Shown one piece after another: positions 12,975-27,197 of a stretch of DNA of 64,000 nt (its first letter is position 1; each line of letters starts with the position of its first letter). The notes below the pieces were generated by a model. That model searched no databases. It was not told where the DNA came from and saw only the letters and a list, made by a program, of their open reading frames with translations. This DNA is from Callorhinchus milii (Eukaryota): positions 102,922,001 through 102,986,000 of the forward strand of contig NW_024704743.1 in NCBI RefSeq assembly GCF_018977255.1. Direction: 5' to 3'. The translations under genes were made by a program, and so were the position numbers.

Positions 12975-13950
12975 GCTCGTCATCTTCCTCATCTATAAGC
13001 TGCCTCACGGTGATTTCATCTGCAGACACAGGGTTAACTTCCACATGCATGCGGATGACACTCAACTCTACTTTTCCACCTCCAGCTGCGACCCCCAGTC
13101 CCTTAATGTCCTGTCAGCTAGATGAGCGCAAATTTTCTGCAGTTAAATGTCAACCAAATGGAACTCCTTAAACTTTGGCTCCCGCCCACGTCTTCTGTCC
13201 CACGGTTCTGACCATCTCGACCTACCCTTAAAACTCTCTGAACCCGTGCGCAACTTAGGCATCAGGTTCGATCCCCAGTTATCTTTTCTCCCCCACATCC
13301 GGTCCCTGACCAGCATCGCTTTCTTGCACCTCCACTACATTGCCCGTCTCTGACAATACCTCACTCCAAAAGCAGCCAAATCTCTTGTCTATGCTTTGTC
13401 ACCTCTCGGCTGGACTAATCTAACGCCCTCCTCACAGGTTTCGCCTCCTCCACTATTCACAAAATTCAGCTCATTCAAACCTCCGCCGCCCACATTCTCA
13501 CCCGCACCAAACTTTGTATCCCGATTACTCCAGTCCTTGCCAAACTCCACTGTCACAGAGTGGATTGATTTCAAGATCCTCACTCCAGTGTTTAAATCCC
13601 TCCATTCCTTGGACCATAATATTCTCTAACCTCCTCTCTCCCCACAGCAGTACCCGCTGCCTCTGTTCTACTGGGTCCGACCTCCTCCGCGTCCCCAAAT
13701 CCTCCACTCCACTATTGGCGGCCGTGCCTTCAGCTACTACGCCCCAAAACTTTGGAACTCCCTCACTCAACCCCTTCACCTCGCGCCCTCCTTCCCCATC
13801 TTCAGGTCATGCCTGAAGACCTTCCTTTTCGACCTCACTGACAGTCACCTTCCCCCTCCCACTATCTTGGCCTTGGGCTCCACCATTGCTAAGCGCTCTG
13901 AGATGCTGCCTGGTGTGGAAGGCGCAATATAATTGCAAGTTGTTGTTGTT
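12975..13950 (+). mobile_element. L2-clade LINE 3' fragment
   Basis: ADDTQLY motif at about 13048, VRNLGIRFDPQLSF, FKILT; pyrimidine-rich body; tail gcaagttgttgttgtt. Confidence 0.92.
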
Positions 13951-14078
13951 AACGTCCTGGGTGTGGCAGGATATTGTTGTGTACAAATTGTCTGGTGCGA
14001 TTGACTACACAGTCACTACATTTACCATTTATTACTCTGAAGCACTTTGGAGATGATTTGACATGATCAGGTGCTTTA

Positions 14079-15300
14079 TAGAATCATAAAATCACAGAAT
14101 CGTACAGCATAAAAAGAAGCCATTCAGCCCATCGAGTTTGTGCCGGCTCTTTGAATAGAGCAATGTAATGTCAATCCCACACACAATGGCATATATAATT
14201 TCCACATGTATGGTCAAAATGGTTTATGAAACAATTATGACATTATTTTGTCTACCAGAAATAAACCCGTCCTCCTCAAATTCCCGTCCACCGCGTTTTT
14301 AAAAATTGTTATCGAATCGGCCTCCACCACCCCTTCAGGCAATGCGTTCCAGATTCAAACAACTCGTTTTGTGAAAAAAATTCTTCTCACCTCCCCTCTG
14401 CTTCTTTTAGAGACTATTTTGAATCTGTGACCTCGAGTCACCGACATACCCACCAGTGGAAACAGTTTTTCCCTTTCTAACCTATCAAATCCCCTCATGA
14501 TTTTGAAGACCTCTATTAGGTCTCCTCGTAACCTTCTCTGCTCCAATGAGAATAATCCCAGCCTCTCTAGCCTTTCCTCATAATCAAGGTCCCTCATTCC
14601 TGGTACCATCCTCGTAAATCTCCTCTGCACTCTTTCCAATGCCTTAACGTCCTTCCTATATTGTGGTGCCCAGAAGTGGGCGAGATTCTAACTGAGTCCT
14701 AACCAGTGTTTTATATAGGTTAATCATAACCTCCTGACTCTTGTACTCTATGCCCCTATTTATAAAGCCTAGTATCCCACATGCCCTTTTTACAGCTTTA
14801 TCTACCTGTCCTGCCACCTTCAATGATTCATTTACATGCATCCCCAGGCCTCTCTGTTCTTTTACCCCCCTTAAGATTGTATTTACATAGCCTATATTGC
14901 CTTCCCTCATTCTTTCTACCAAAGTGCATTACCTCGCATTTCTCCACATTGAAACTCATCTGCCATGTGTCTGCCCATTCTACCATTCTGCCTATGTCTT
15001 CCTGCAGTTGGCTATTATCCTTAACACTGTTTACTACCCTACCTAACTTTGTGTCATCCGCAAACTTGGAAATGGTGCTTGCTATACCCAAGTCCAGATC
15101 ATTTATGTATATTAAGAAGAGCAGTGGTCCTAATACCTGGGGGACACCACTGTACACTTCCCTCCAGTCAGAAAAGCAGCTGTTCACCACAACTCTCTGC
15201 TTTCTGTCTTCCAGCCAGTTCTGGATCCATGCTGCCACTGTCCCTTTTATACCATGGGCTTCTATCTTTCTTACAAGTCTTTCATGTGGCACTTTGTTAA
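14079..15300 (-). mobile_element. CR1 LINE 3' fragment (RT C-terminus and 3' UTR, frameshifted)
   Basis: ORFs 14828..15292, 14656..14922 and 14355..14639 give CR1 ORF2 motifs SGVPQ..LGPLLF, FADDTKL, ERVQRRFTRM, RLRGDLIEVFKI. Short tandem tail at 14079-14100. Confidence 0.95.
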
Positions 15301-16039
15301 AGATTATTATGAGATAGTAAAGGTCCTTCCCCTAATTTTGGAGCAGAGTTCAGGTATTGGGTGGACTTGGAAGATTTGGGTTTTCGACAGAATTAAAGGT
15401 TATTGAGCAGAAAGTAAGTGTTTGGCTTGAAGGAGGAGGCAGAAGTTAATGGAGGCTGTGCAGGAATTAAACGGAATGCCATCAACAACAAACGACAACA
15501 ACAACAACTTGCACGTATATAGTGCCCTGGACGCAGGGTAGCATCTCAGAGTGCTTCAGGTTCAGTGGAGAACAAAATGCCATGCAAACAGATGAAGGAC
15601 GGTTATCCATGTGTTGCAGTGCCATACTGTTTGCCAACTGTCTGTACATTTTCAGCTCATATTAATATTACAACATAAAGGAACTCAAAACCAACAACAA
15701 TTAGATTTATGGACTGCCTTTCTCATTGGGTGGCCATATCAAAGGTCTTCCAGGAGCTGACAGGGAGCCGAGAGTCCAAGTTGGGGTGGAGGGAACTGGG
15801 GGGGAGGTGTGACTAAAAGCAGAGTTGAAAAGTAAGGCTTTAACGGTGGGGAGCAAGGGGTGAGACGGAGTGACTCATCAATCAGGATAAACTCACTGCG
15901 ACAACAATAACTCTAAACGATTAAATAAATTCAATAATAGTTATTTAAATTGAAATGAAGTATTTCAAATCCTATACCTATTTTGATTCTGCAAGCAACC
16001 TTTCCATTTGTATTTATTTTTATTTTCCTATTCTGGGTT

Positions 16040-16380
16040 AGAAAGTTATGGGTTAAAGCCTATGTCAGGCTGACATTCTAACACAGTGTTGGGAAAAGTG
16101 TTGCATTGTCGGAGGTGATGTCCTCCGGATGAGAGGTTAAATTGAGGCTCCATCTACCATTAAAGAACCCATGGCTCTATTCAAAAAGAGAAGGGAATTT
16201 CTCCTGTTTTTGTCTGGGCCAGACTTTATCCCCCAGATAAAATTGGTTACTCATTTCATAGCTGTTTGTGGGACATTGTGTGAAATTGGCAGACACATCT
16301 CACTTACAAATGTAGCCACTGCACTTTACAATAAAATCTTGTGAAGTGCTTTGAGATGATTCAACGATGTCATCAGACAT
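16040..16380 (+). mobile_element. DeuSINE-like SINE
   Basis: Core gtcggaggtgatgtcctccggatgagaggttaaattgagg and shared 3' body. Confidence 0.75.
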
Positions 16381-17064
16381 AATATTTTACATTTACATTT
16401 TATAAATGTAAGTATATTGTCAAATTGCTTTGTATCATGTTAGATTAATTATGACCATGTGTGATCTGAAATCCAACATTTAATCATTATAGAGGATACA
16501 CTAAAAGCTTCAATGGTGAAATCAGACAGTGATTAACTAGTTTTTTTATATTCAATTCCAAAGCACTTCCAAGAACACAGCATCCTGAAGTGTAACCTAC
16601 TCTCAAATTTAATTATATTGTACGATCTTTACAGGCATGGGATAGTTAAACAAATTCTTTTGTGGCAGCAGTGTCAAAAGGTATGTCCAACAAAAACATG
16701 TAGTTAGTTAGCACTGTAAACTACCTGGCTTGTTATTGGACCTGAACATCAAATGAGATGGTCTGGTTCATTTCAATGAATGCTAGAAAAATAGCTGCAT
16801 CTAAATTATGCTGAGTAAATACAAAAAAGACTTTGCTTACTTTGCGTCACTCAGGACTGAGTCACACAGCAAATAAAACCAAAACAAGTGATGGGCCTGA
16901 GGAAAATAATGAAACACTTGGGATTTTCTCAATTACTGGTTTGATAAAATGAGCAGTATTTGGAGATGACTTTCATCTCATCCTCTTTCTATGTTCATAA
17001 CTGAGCCTGAAACACTGCATTGAAGCAGAATTCCCGGTATAAGCACAACTGCTCTTTTTAATAG

Positions 17065-17880
17065 ATCTTAATCATCTGGACTGGTATTGAGAACAAAATG
17101 TTAAAGTTCACAGGTGACACAAAATCTGGAAATGTAGTAAACAGTGAGGATAGCAGCAGACTGCAGGAGGACACAGATAGCTGGTGAAATGGGCAGACAC
17201 ATGGCAGATGGAATTTAATGCAGTGATGTGTGAAGTGATGCATTTTGGAAGGAGAAATGAGGAGAGGCAATATAAGATTAATGTTACAATGTTAAAGGGG
17301 GTGCAGGAACAGGGAGACCTGGGTTTTCACATACACAAATCTTTGAAGGTGGTAGGGCAAGTTGACAAAGCGGTAAAAAAAAGCATATAGGCTCCTTGGC
17401 TTTATAAATAGAGGCATAGAGTATAAGAGCAAGGAAGTTATATTGATCCTTTACAAATCGCTGGTGAAGCCTCAGTTGCAGTATTTTTCCCATTTCGGGC
17501 ACCACACTTTAGGAAGGATGTCAGGGCCTTAGAGAGGGTACAGAGAAAATTTGCAAGAATGATACCAGAGATGAGGGACTACAATTATGTGGAGAGACTA
17601 GAGAGGCTGGGATTATTCTCCTTAGACCAGAGAAGGTTGAGATTTAATAGAGGTGTTCAAAATTATGAAGGGTTTTGATAGAGTAGATAGGAAGAAATTA
17701 TTTCCTCTATCGGGTGGATCAGTAGCCAGAGAACACAGGTTTAAGATAATTGACAAAAGAACCAGAGAGGAAACAAGGAGAATTACTTTTACCCAGAGAG
17801 TATTACGGTCTGGAATGCAATACCTGAAAGGGTGGTGGAAGCAGATTCAATAATAGCTTTCAAAAAGGGAACTAGGTGCT
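17065..17880 (+). mobile_element. CR1 LINE 3' fragment (degenerate ORF2)
   Basis: KWADTWQMEFN...CEVMHFG and FKIMKGFDRV motifs in ORFs 17184 and 17653. Confidence 0.92.
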
Positions 17881-17929
17881 TAAAAAGGAAGAATTTGCAC
17901 GGTAAGAGCAGGAGAGTGGAACGAGTTCT

Positions 17930-18170
17930 GCCCACCAGTGGTGGGGCAGTCGAGGGGGACTACGTGAAGCAGGCCGGAGCCCGTTGAGCAGAGACAGTGA
18001 GCAGGTTGGTAGTTTGCGTTGTCGAGCCTGGATGTTATGAATGCGTGTAAGCGGACAGTGACAGAGCCAAACGATGTTGCGGAGGTAGGGGAAGGCAGAG
18101 TGGACGTGGCATGGATGTGGGGTAGAAAAGATAGTTGAGGGTCAAACAAGATGCCAAGGTCTGGATTGGC
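17930..18170 (-). mobile_element. L2 fragment, deleted
   Basis: LGILFDPQLSFLPHI and HAFITSRLD motifs in ORF 17880..18185. Confidence 0.8.
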
Positions 18171-19927
18171 TTTGTTAAAAAGCAATCATTTCATGGAAGA
18201 GTCCAGGAGAAATCATAGTCCAATGGAGAATCATCTGAGAAGTTCCAAATCACATTTGGAGCCCTGAGATGAGGTTAATGCCTTGAGCTCACTCCAAGGT
18301 ATCCACTATATTGTTCCTATAGTCAATGTCTTGGGAACAGTTTTGCGCAATTTTCAACCTTTCATTGTTTTAGCTGACAGACTGTCTTTGTGGACATCAA
18401 TAAGTGGTTTACTCATATTATTGATGTTCAAAGTGACAACGTTTAAAGAATTAAATCAATACATAACCCCGAGGGAACTGGCTAAGAACAAAGTCTACTT
18501 TTGACATATAGGTGCCAAAGCATGAAATAGTCTTATGACCTGTCCAGTCAGCACATTCAAATATTTTCTAAAAAAAAACTTTGACTAAAACTTTTTAATC
18601 AATTCATCCACAAATAAAAAAAATTATACAATGTAGCCATATTCAGGGACAATCAATATATTAAGCTTAAGGAATAAGTATTGGAGTGAGGTGCTCATTA
18701 TCAATACAGCTGTTGATATACGTACATATTCCTCATTTAACACTCCAGTTAGGAATTTAAATAGATCTATTTTTTAGAAAAATATCTGTTTACACTTTTA
18801 TCCTGAGTAAGAAATAACCACAGTCTGCTACATCTTGTAAATTCCGGATTCTGGCATGCTTACAAACCGTATGTTGTAAATCAATATTCATGAGTTTATT
18901 AGTGTTGATTCATACCACTGCTTTACATAACAAAAGCAGCGCCTCAAGGCATTGGGAGGCAAGGTACATCAGGACCCAACACATTTCCTCTTAAAAGACA
19001 ATTTACTCCACTGGAATACTTTATGAGCGAATATGGAATAGAATACTTAGCCCACCTGCTATAGATATGCTATAAAGTTTGATTTATTTTGTATTCATTG
19101 TTGATTTGATGAAGACTTACAGAAAGAAATATGATTCCCTTTTTTGAACTTCACATAATTTTGGAGGGTTTGGGGAAAAAGGAGCCACAATAGGTGTTAC
19201 TGTCAAGGTTACATTGTAGACAACTGATACACTAAAGTATTCAGCAACCTTAATGTAATTCAATTGATGAGAGAAAGTCACTTCTTGTATATTTGGATTT
19301 AAAAAAATGATGGTGGACAAAGTTACCAACCTTGGGGGTGTGCTGGAACTTCACTATTCCAAGCACCAATCACCAAAACTGGTAAACTTACTGCAGTCCA
19401 GGTTATTACTTCCCCTTGCCCACATGACTTCTGCCTTCATCCATTATGAATGGAGGGGAGTGCTGATTCATTGTTTAGTTTGGAAGCTGAATTAAATATC
19501 TGAAGCATACTAAGAATTTTGCATGTTATTTGGGAGTGAGAAATACAAGTTATGTATATATATACACATATATGTATAGTACCTATGTAAATGTGTTATG
19601 GCAATGTGACAATTAGTATTTTCCATATTTATCACAGTTTTGAAAAATGTGAGCATCTATTTATAGCATTGTCTCACAATCGTACACTCTCCTGAGCAAA
19701 TGTTATTTACAATGTGTGTGCTCGTACTGATTCCTTTTGTTATTTTCAGGGCGTCCGATTCCCTAGATTTCCTCAGAAAGACCAAGGGCCATGTATTAGC
19801 ATATATCAAAGCATTCACGGGTTTGCCAAATAATGTGTGTACTCACAGTTCAGGTGGAAGCAGCAGGAGTCTCCTTTGGTGCACACAATACAGAATATCA
19901 TTGAAACATGAAATCTGAACAGCATTA

Positions 19928-20155
<228 letters not shown>

Positions 20156-21189
20156 CTAAAGTTTTTTTTCTCTAAAATAAGGATTTTTTAAAAAACCTTG
20201 CTGCAAGAGTTCAGTGTTTTAATGTATTTGAAACTAATTGTTGCCAAACCAGAATAAATAATGATGAACAGCACTGACATGATACAATAACTTTTGGTTA
20301 TGCAGAAAGTAATATGGAATTCACTGCCAGAAGCTGTGTTTGAAGCAAATAGTATTGATATATTTAAGAGAGAACTTGATTCATACATTTGAGAGAAGGA
20401 AATAGGTGAGAACAGGAGGGGTTAGTGAGTTATGTGGTGTAATACTAGTTGGTCCAAATTGTATGTTTCTGTGCTGTGTTACTCTATGTAATTCTATGCA
20501 ACTCAATTTTGGCAATATGGTAAAAAGCCTTGATCTCCACTCAAGTTGTGAATCTGGTTATGTAACAGAAAGGAAAGAGTGATCCTAAACTCTATTCAAA
20601 ACTTTCAGATAATATCAATAAAGTGAAAAACAATTTGTTTATCAAAAAACATGAACATCCACGATTCGATGAAAGTCTCAAACCCCATGCTGTATTATTT
20701 ATTATTCAGGTTATGTGCTCCCCATCTATTTTGTCTTCCAATCTCTTTCCTCACTAAGAGTGTAACTCAAGTTGGTTATTGTTCCACCACCAGCAGCTTT
20801 TCAGTACCTGATACAATCAGGCATTTTTCAAGAAAAACTCCTGGCTACCCATTTGTTACCCAGTCATCAAAGGCCATTTATAGGGCCCAATATTCTACCA
20901 TCTAGAATTTGGCAAATATGTAAATAGTCTTAAATCGACTTTCTGTACATTCAGTCTGTACATTCTTTTTATTTCTTCTAAGACAATTATGACTGAGGCC
21001 AGGAAGCATTTCTTCACACAGAAGTTTGCGATGTTGTGGACTGCTGTTCCAGAAAGGAATCCACAGGGATGTTTAACAACACTGCCAACAAATTACACTC
21101 ATATATGCCCTTCATGTTGGAAAGATGTCGCAGGATGCTGGACAGTCAGGGATTTTTAGTCCCGAGCTGGGAGTTGGGGGTCAGGAGGG

Positions 21190-21935
21190 GTGAAGTACAG
21201 GGGGAGCAGGAGTGGAAGGGTGGCCAAAGGCACAGTCAGAGGGGAAGTTCTTTAGATGGGACTTGAAGGAGGCAAGAAAGGGTTTGAGGCGGAGGATTGC
21301 GGGATAGAGTTCCAGAGTGTGGGGGCAGAGATGCTGTATGGAGGATAGCTGGGGGTCGAAAAGGACACCGAGGTTTCATATTGGCTCAGTGAGGTGAAGA
21401 ATGCAGTCATAAATAGCGATAATGTCAGTGGCTGAGATGAAGAGGCGCCGCTGGGAGTCAAGCAGGAGGGCCTCTGTCAACAATGAGTTGGAGGAAGTTG
21501 GCTCTCGTCCACGACTTGATGTCAGACAGATAATTTGCCAGATCATCACCTGTCCTGGAGTCAAGGGTGGAGGGGGAGATATCAAGTTGGGTGTCAACTG
21601 CTTACAGGTGGAAATTGACCCCAATGCCTGTGGAGGACATCACCGAGCAGGAACGAATATAGATTGAAGAGTGGACCGAGGACAAAGCCCTGAGGGCTGC
21701 CACACGTGATAGTGTGGGAACTAGAGGAGAAGTTATTGGCGGTTACAAGTGCAGACGATTGGAAAGGTATGATTGGAACTAGGCAAGGACAGAACCGTTG
21801 AGTTGGAGGTGAGAGGATAGACGGTGGAGAATAGAGTGGTCGATGGTATCGAAAGTGGTCGAGGAAGAGAGGAAGACAAATATTTGAGTAATAGAGGGAG
21901 AGAGGAAGACAAAGATTTGAGTAGTAGAGGGATTT
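21190..21935 (-). mobile_element. L2 fragment (RT core to 3' end, with deletions)
   Basis: FDTIDHSIL and CGSPQGFVLGPLF motifs. Confidence 0.85.
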
Positions 21936-23156
21936 AAGGGCATGGTGAAAGGGTATTGCAATTAAAATTTTTGACAAGATCAAATAAACTGGTGGAACAG
22001 GCTCAATGGGCTGAATGACCTCATCCTCCTATTTTCTTATGTTCCTATGATAGATGTGCCCAAAATACCACTGGATTTAGTTTGTAAGCTTATTCTATCT
22101 TAACATTTAAGATCACAGAGTATTGAGAAATTCTTAAAATCTGTCTTGAAAAGATACAGCTTCCAAGTTAAGGCAAAATGTAAGAATTTTCCATAATCTT
22201 AAATTTTAAAACAAAACAGTTTTATAGATTGAGACTAAATTGTATATTAGGCTTCAGGTTCTGAACTTAAAATGTCAATGGAAATAAACTAATTGATAAT
22301 CAATCACATTTAATTAGCCGCATGTCTTCTCTGCATCACATCCTGACAGCCAAGTTTCTCCTCAGCCTTTTTACATGGCATTTTATAACACAATCACTAA
22401 ATAGGGATGCAGAGGTTTCAAAATTACAGAATTCCTCATGTTCTGTGCTCATCCCTTTCACTCAATGAAATTTAGCTTCTTACAAGTTCCTAATATAGGT
22501 AGCCAAGCCAAGTCTAAAAATATTCTAAAATATAGATCTATAGATTTGTCAGCTTCTTTAAATGTCATAATTTCCCGCTATGGATGTGTGCCACTTTGTG
22601 TAGTGCTTTGAGCCAATATTGAGGTATTAATTTTTTGGAGGCATTTGAATGCTCACTTTATTAAGATCACCTGCCTTTTAGGAAGTATGTCAGATTGTGC
22701 ACTTTTGGTATTATCCGGCGGAATGCGTCCAATCTGTGATTAGCCTCTGTTCTACCATCTCAATCTTGTTATTGTTTTCCCTTGATCAAAGTAAGCATGA
22801 GAGTGACAATGAAATCTATTTCCCCAATTGGTTTTACTGTAAATCAGATGCCTTATGCCTAAACTCCCAGACAATGTTAGAATTAATCAAATTATTATAT
22901 TAAAATTCAAAATTCAAAAAACAACCAGAAATTGCAAGTAACAGTATCTGAAATATATCTATTTAACAACAAGTTGCATTATATAGCGTCCTTAACATAG
23001 AATAACATCTCAGAGTCTTTACAATAGCAGAGTGCACATCCACTAGGGGAGAAGGAGTAGGAAGTGACTGTAAATATGGTAGAATTATGAGGTGGGTCTT
23101 GAAGACAGATAGAGAGAAGTCAGACAAAAAGGTTGAGGGACAAACTAAAACACTTA

Positions 23157-23267
<111 letters not shown>

Positions 23268-25485
23268 TTAAAACAGAGAAGAATTAAAGGAGTGGTTAAC
23301 ATCATATAACTTACTGACACTCAATGATAACAAATTATCATATAACTTGTTGAAACTCAAAATATCTTGTACTGATTATATTTATGCCAGACAGTGTTCA
23401 CAATGACTAGTTACATGGCTTTGCCTAGTCAAACTCCAGCAGTTCACCCAATGCACACTGTATGCCCACAAGCTTGCCTTCGGCCAACTGATTACTTCGA
23501 AGGATTAGGTAAGTAGAGTACGTCCATCTGGGAAGCGAGTGTGACTTCCATTCCAAACTAATGCAAATTTCCATGCATATGCATATATAGAACTTCCGGT
23601 TGTTTGGTTTGGATGATGTTAAGGAATGGCAATGAGTTTCCCTAATCACCAATAATTAAAGGGTTGATCTTCTTTATTGAAAGACATATCCATGTGGAAA
23701 CAAAATGTGAGGCCCAAACTTGCTCAAGGTTTCAAATGCTGTTATGGTTACAAACATGAAGCAGGATCGTTTGATTTGAAAGTTTATCGAAAGTAAAACT
23801 GCTAAGATTTTGAAACTCTACGAATTTCTGGTTTCGTAAACACAATTTGACTGCAACACAGTTAGTTTTGCTCTTGCCCTAACGTTTCTCCACTGTCACT
23901 TTGCGTGCATGCACTTGCGTTTGGCAGGTGTAAGTGATGAGTATTGAAAGGATACTGCCTCACTGAAGTTGCAACAATAAGATGGTGTGCTGACTTTGTT
24001 CATGCTCTAACACCTCTGATAGCAGGAAGTCAGAAATGCCATTTGCATAGAACATCACACTGAGAGAATATAACTCTCTCCCAATTGAATGTCATTGAAA
24101 AACATGTTGAAGTGTAAGGTTATTTGGGAGGATGATTCTGAAGATGAAATGCCACACAGCTTTCCTAAGCCCATGCCATTTAAATTACACACATTACTTG
24201 ATCCGTGAAAGGTAGCCTAATACTCTCTGGAATTAGGTAAGCACTGTGCTGCATCCCTCTGGAGAGAGAGTGCATTCTCCATTCCAGATGAGGAAATTTC
24301 TAGATCTGGTTTGGATACACAGCATTGTAATGTGTTTCCTCTCGTGTCAGACACTCGGCTGACAAAATAAAGATAGTGATAGTGCATGCCTAAGTAGGGT
24401 TAAACTTGAGAGTACTACCAACTGAACAAAGCTAACACATACCAGAGTTGACTCAGTTCCTTCAAATGTGGTGGATTATGATTAAATGAGTCCTGTCCGG
24501 TCATTCAATCTAATGAACTCCGGCCTGGACAAACCTTGTGATTATCAAAGACTGTTGCTACTCCTGCTTCAGCTATTGAGAACACAGCTCTGCAGCCTGA
24601 GGTTATGGAATGAATCACAACTTTAAGTGAATACTAAAGGATTCTGACCTTTCAGGTGTAATATTTACATGAATCTCTTTGAATGGACTGATTTACTGCA
24701 AACCAATGAAATCGGACATGGATCTGAAGCAATGAAGTTACTGAGCCTAGAGCAGTAGAGCAGCACAAAACCTGGCTCCTCTCCAGGTTTTGTCAAGTTT
24801 AGGGTTGTTTTTTTTTGAATTGAGAATCTTTTTTATTTTCATTAAAAACAAAGGTCAGGGATTGGGGCAAGTTCAAACTCTGAGTCTCGTATTTCTTTTA
24901 TATATATCTGACGGATTTTGTATCTTTACCCAAGTGGCCAAAGTGAACTATGACTTTAATACACAGCAGGAATGGGGGGTGAACATGTGATGTTACACCA
25001 CAGATCCATCCTGTGGGTGCAGAAATCTTTACTCCATTATACTGAAATCATGCTGGGTGGATGGTGCGGGGGGTTAGAAGTTGAAGGAAAATGCAACCTT
25101 TCACATCATATTTAGCAATAATAATCTATAAACAGTGGACCTGTTATGGAATATTGAATTTTTAACCCCCAAATGGGCCTAATGGCTGTTCAATTTTGTT
25201 GTTGTTGTTTCAGTGTTGCAACATTCAAGGGCTCTATGATATGTACATTTTTAAATTAGTTTCAATATTGCCACAATGTCATTAAATGATACCAGCAAAC
25301 ATGTGCCCAGATGCAGTTCAGTGACTTAGACTCATAGCTTTATTTCGGTATGCTTTAAGTAAATCCTATTGGTAAAGGAAAGGCTGCCCTGAATCAATTC
25401 AGCTCAATTTCAGTATCAATTGATTCAATCCAGCTCACCCAAAATCTCTATTTAGTCATGGACAAATACCTGAACTGCATTGGGA

Positions 25486-25700
25486 ATAATAATAATAATA
25501 ATAATAATCCTTGCATTTGATATAGCGCTTTTCACGTCGGGAGGACGTCCCAAAGCGCTTCACAGAACACACTGTAAAGTGAATTGACTGTATATTTGTG
25601 GGCGAACGCGGCAGCCAATTGCGCACAGCAATGTCCCACAAACAGTCGTAGATTGAAAATGACCAATTTAATTATTGTTTTTAGTTTTGGAGTTTTACAG
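25486..25700 (-). mobile_element. tRNA-derived SINE, 3' half
   Basis: Near-identical to 10876-11090. Confidence 0.9.
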
Positions 25701-26460
25701 AGACCATCCTCTGTAATTCTATTCATTGTACATGTTTTATAATTCCCACCCTCGGTGGCAAATTACATCTGAGGAAGGATTCAGTCAATCTAGCCCAGTC
25801 TCTTAAACAGTTGTGTCACCCACACATTGCATTTCATATAGCTTCTTAACACATCATTGAGATGTCTCAAAGCACTTCACATTATCTTGTAAAGTGGTGT
25901 TACACTGTGTATTTTGTGGGCATTTAACTCCATGTGACTCAATTTTTAAAACAAAATTCATAATATTTAATGTCAAACAGAAGGGAAATTGCATACTCTG
26001 TATGCTGGATGAGAGTCATTTTTCTCAGAGAGAAACACGCACCCCTTTAAGATTTTGAAATCACAAGCTAATACAGGAGACTGAACAAGATTTGCTGCTG
26101 TCTCCTGTACCAGCTTACAATTTCAAAATGGTTCTTTAGGCACACTTTAAAAGGGGGAGAGAGAGAGACCAAGGTGATGGGAGTTCTAGAGAGTAGCGCA
26201 GAAAGGTAGTAAGCTCAACAACCGATGGTGAGGCAATTGGGTGGGAGACATGAAAGAAGACGCTGTTAGCTGAGTAAAGTGAAGTGGTCGGATGGGTGGG
26301 GTAGCATGAGTTTGCAGAACTACGGTGGAGAAAGTCCACGGAGAGATTTGTAAGTGTGAATGACGATCTTGAATTCAAATCACGAGGGAATGGGATGCCA
26401 GTGGAGTTTTAGCAAGGATAGGGGTTGATAGAGGCTGTGCAGGAGAGGACACAAGCTGCA

Positions 26461-27197
26461 ACAACAACAACAAGATTACAATTGTATAGCACCTTTCACG
26501 TCGGGAGGACGTCCCAAGGTGCTGGACAGAGTACAGCATTTGAGACCTGAGCTGGGGTCAGGGGGGGAGAAGGGAGGGGAGGGGAAGGGGGGTGGCCGAT
26601 GGCATGGTCGAAAAGGTGGGTCTTGTGGCGGGACTTGAAGGAGGCTAAGGAGGGAGCGAGGCGGAGTGACTCAGGGATGGAGTTCCAGAGGTTGGGGCAG
26701 AGTGACTGAAGGCTCTCCCGCCATTGGTGGGGCGGGTGGGTCGGGGGACGTGGCACAGGCCAGAGCCGGCTGAGCGGAGGGAACGGGTGGGTTCGTAGGG
26801 GGTTAGAAGGTTGCAGAGGTAGGGTGGGGCGAGGCCGTGGAAGGCTTTGTAGGTGAGGACCAGGATCTTGAACTGGATCCTCTGAAGGATAGGGAGCCAG
26901 TGGAGATGGGCAAGATTGAGGGAGATAGGGTCACGGAGTTTGGTGCGCGAGAGGACATGGGCTGCAGAGTTCTGGATTATCTGCAGCCTGTGGAGGGAGG
27001 AGTTGGGAAGTCTGACAAGCAGGGTGTTTGCATAGTCGAGCCTGGAGGTGACGAAGGCATGAACAAGAATGTCAGCGGCCTGAGGGGTGAGGTAGTGGCG
27101 GAGTCAAGCGATGTTACGGAGGTGAGGGAAGGCAGAGCGAGTCATGGCTTGGATGTGGGGAAGAAAAGACAGTTGAGGGTCGAACAAGACACCTAGG
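26461..27197 (-). mobile_element. Young L2 3' fragment nested in an older L2 (about 26130-26460 and 27200-27450)
   Basis: (CAA)n tail, cacgtcgggaggacgtcccaagg stem-loop, LWNSIPESLRLAPSLASFKSRHKTHLF. Confidence 0.92.

Noticed and set aside
14781..15317. 178-aa plus-strand ORF
   Set aside because: Antisense shadow of CR1 ORF2.
21866..21932. 33-bp tandem duplication giving a repeated SLYYSN peptide
   Set aside because: Local slippage at the edge of a dead L2 fragment; no coding support.
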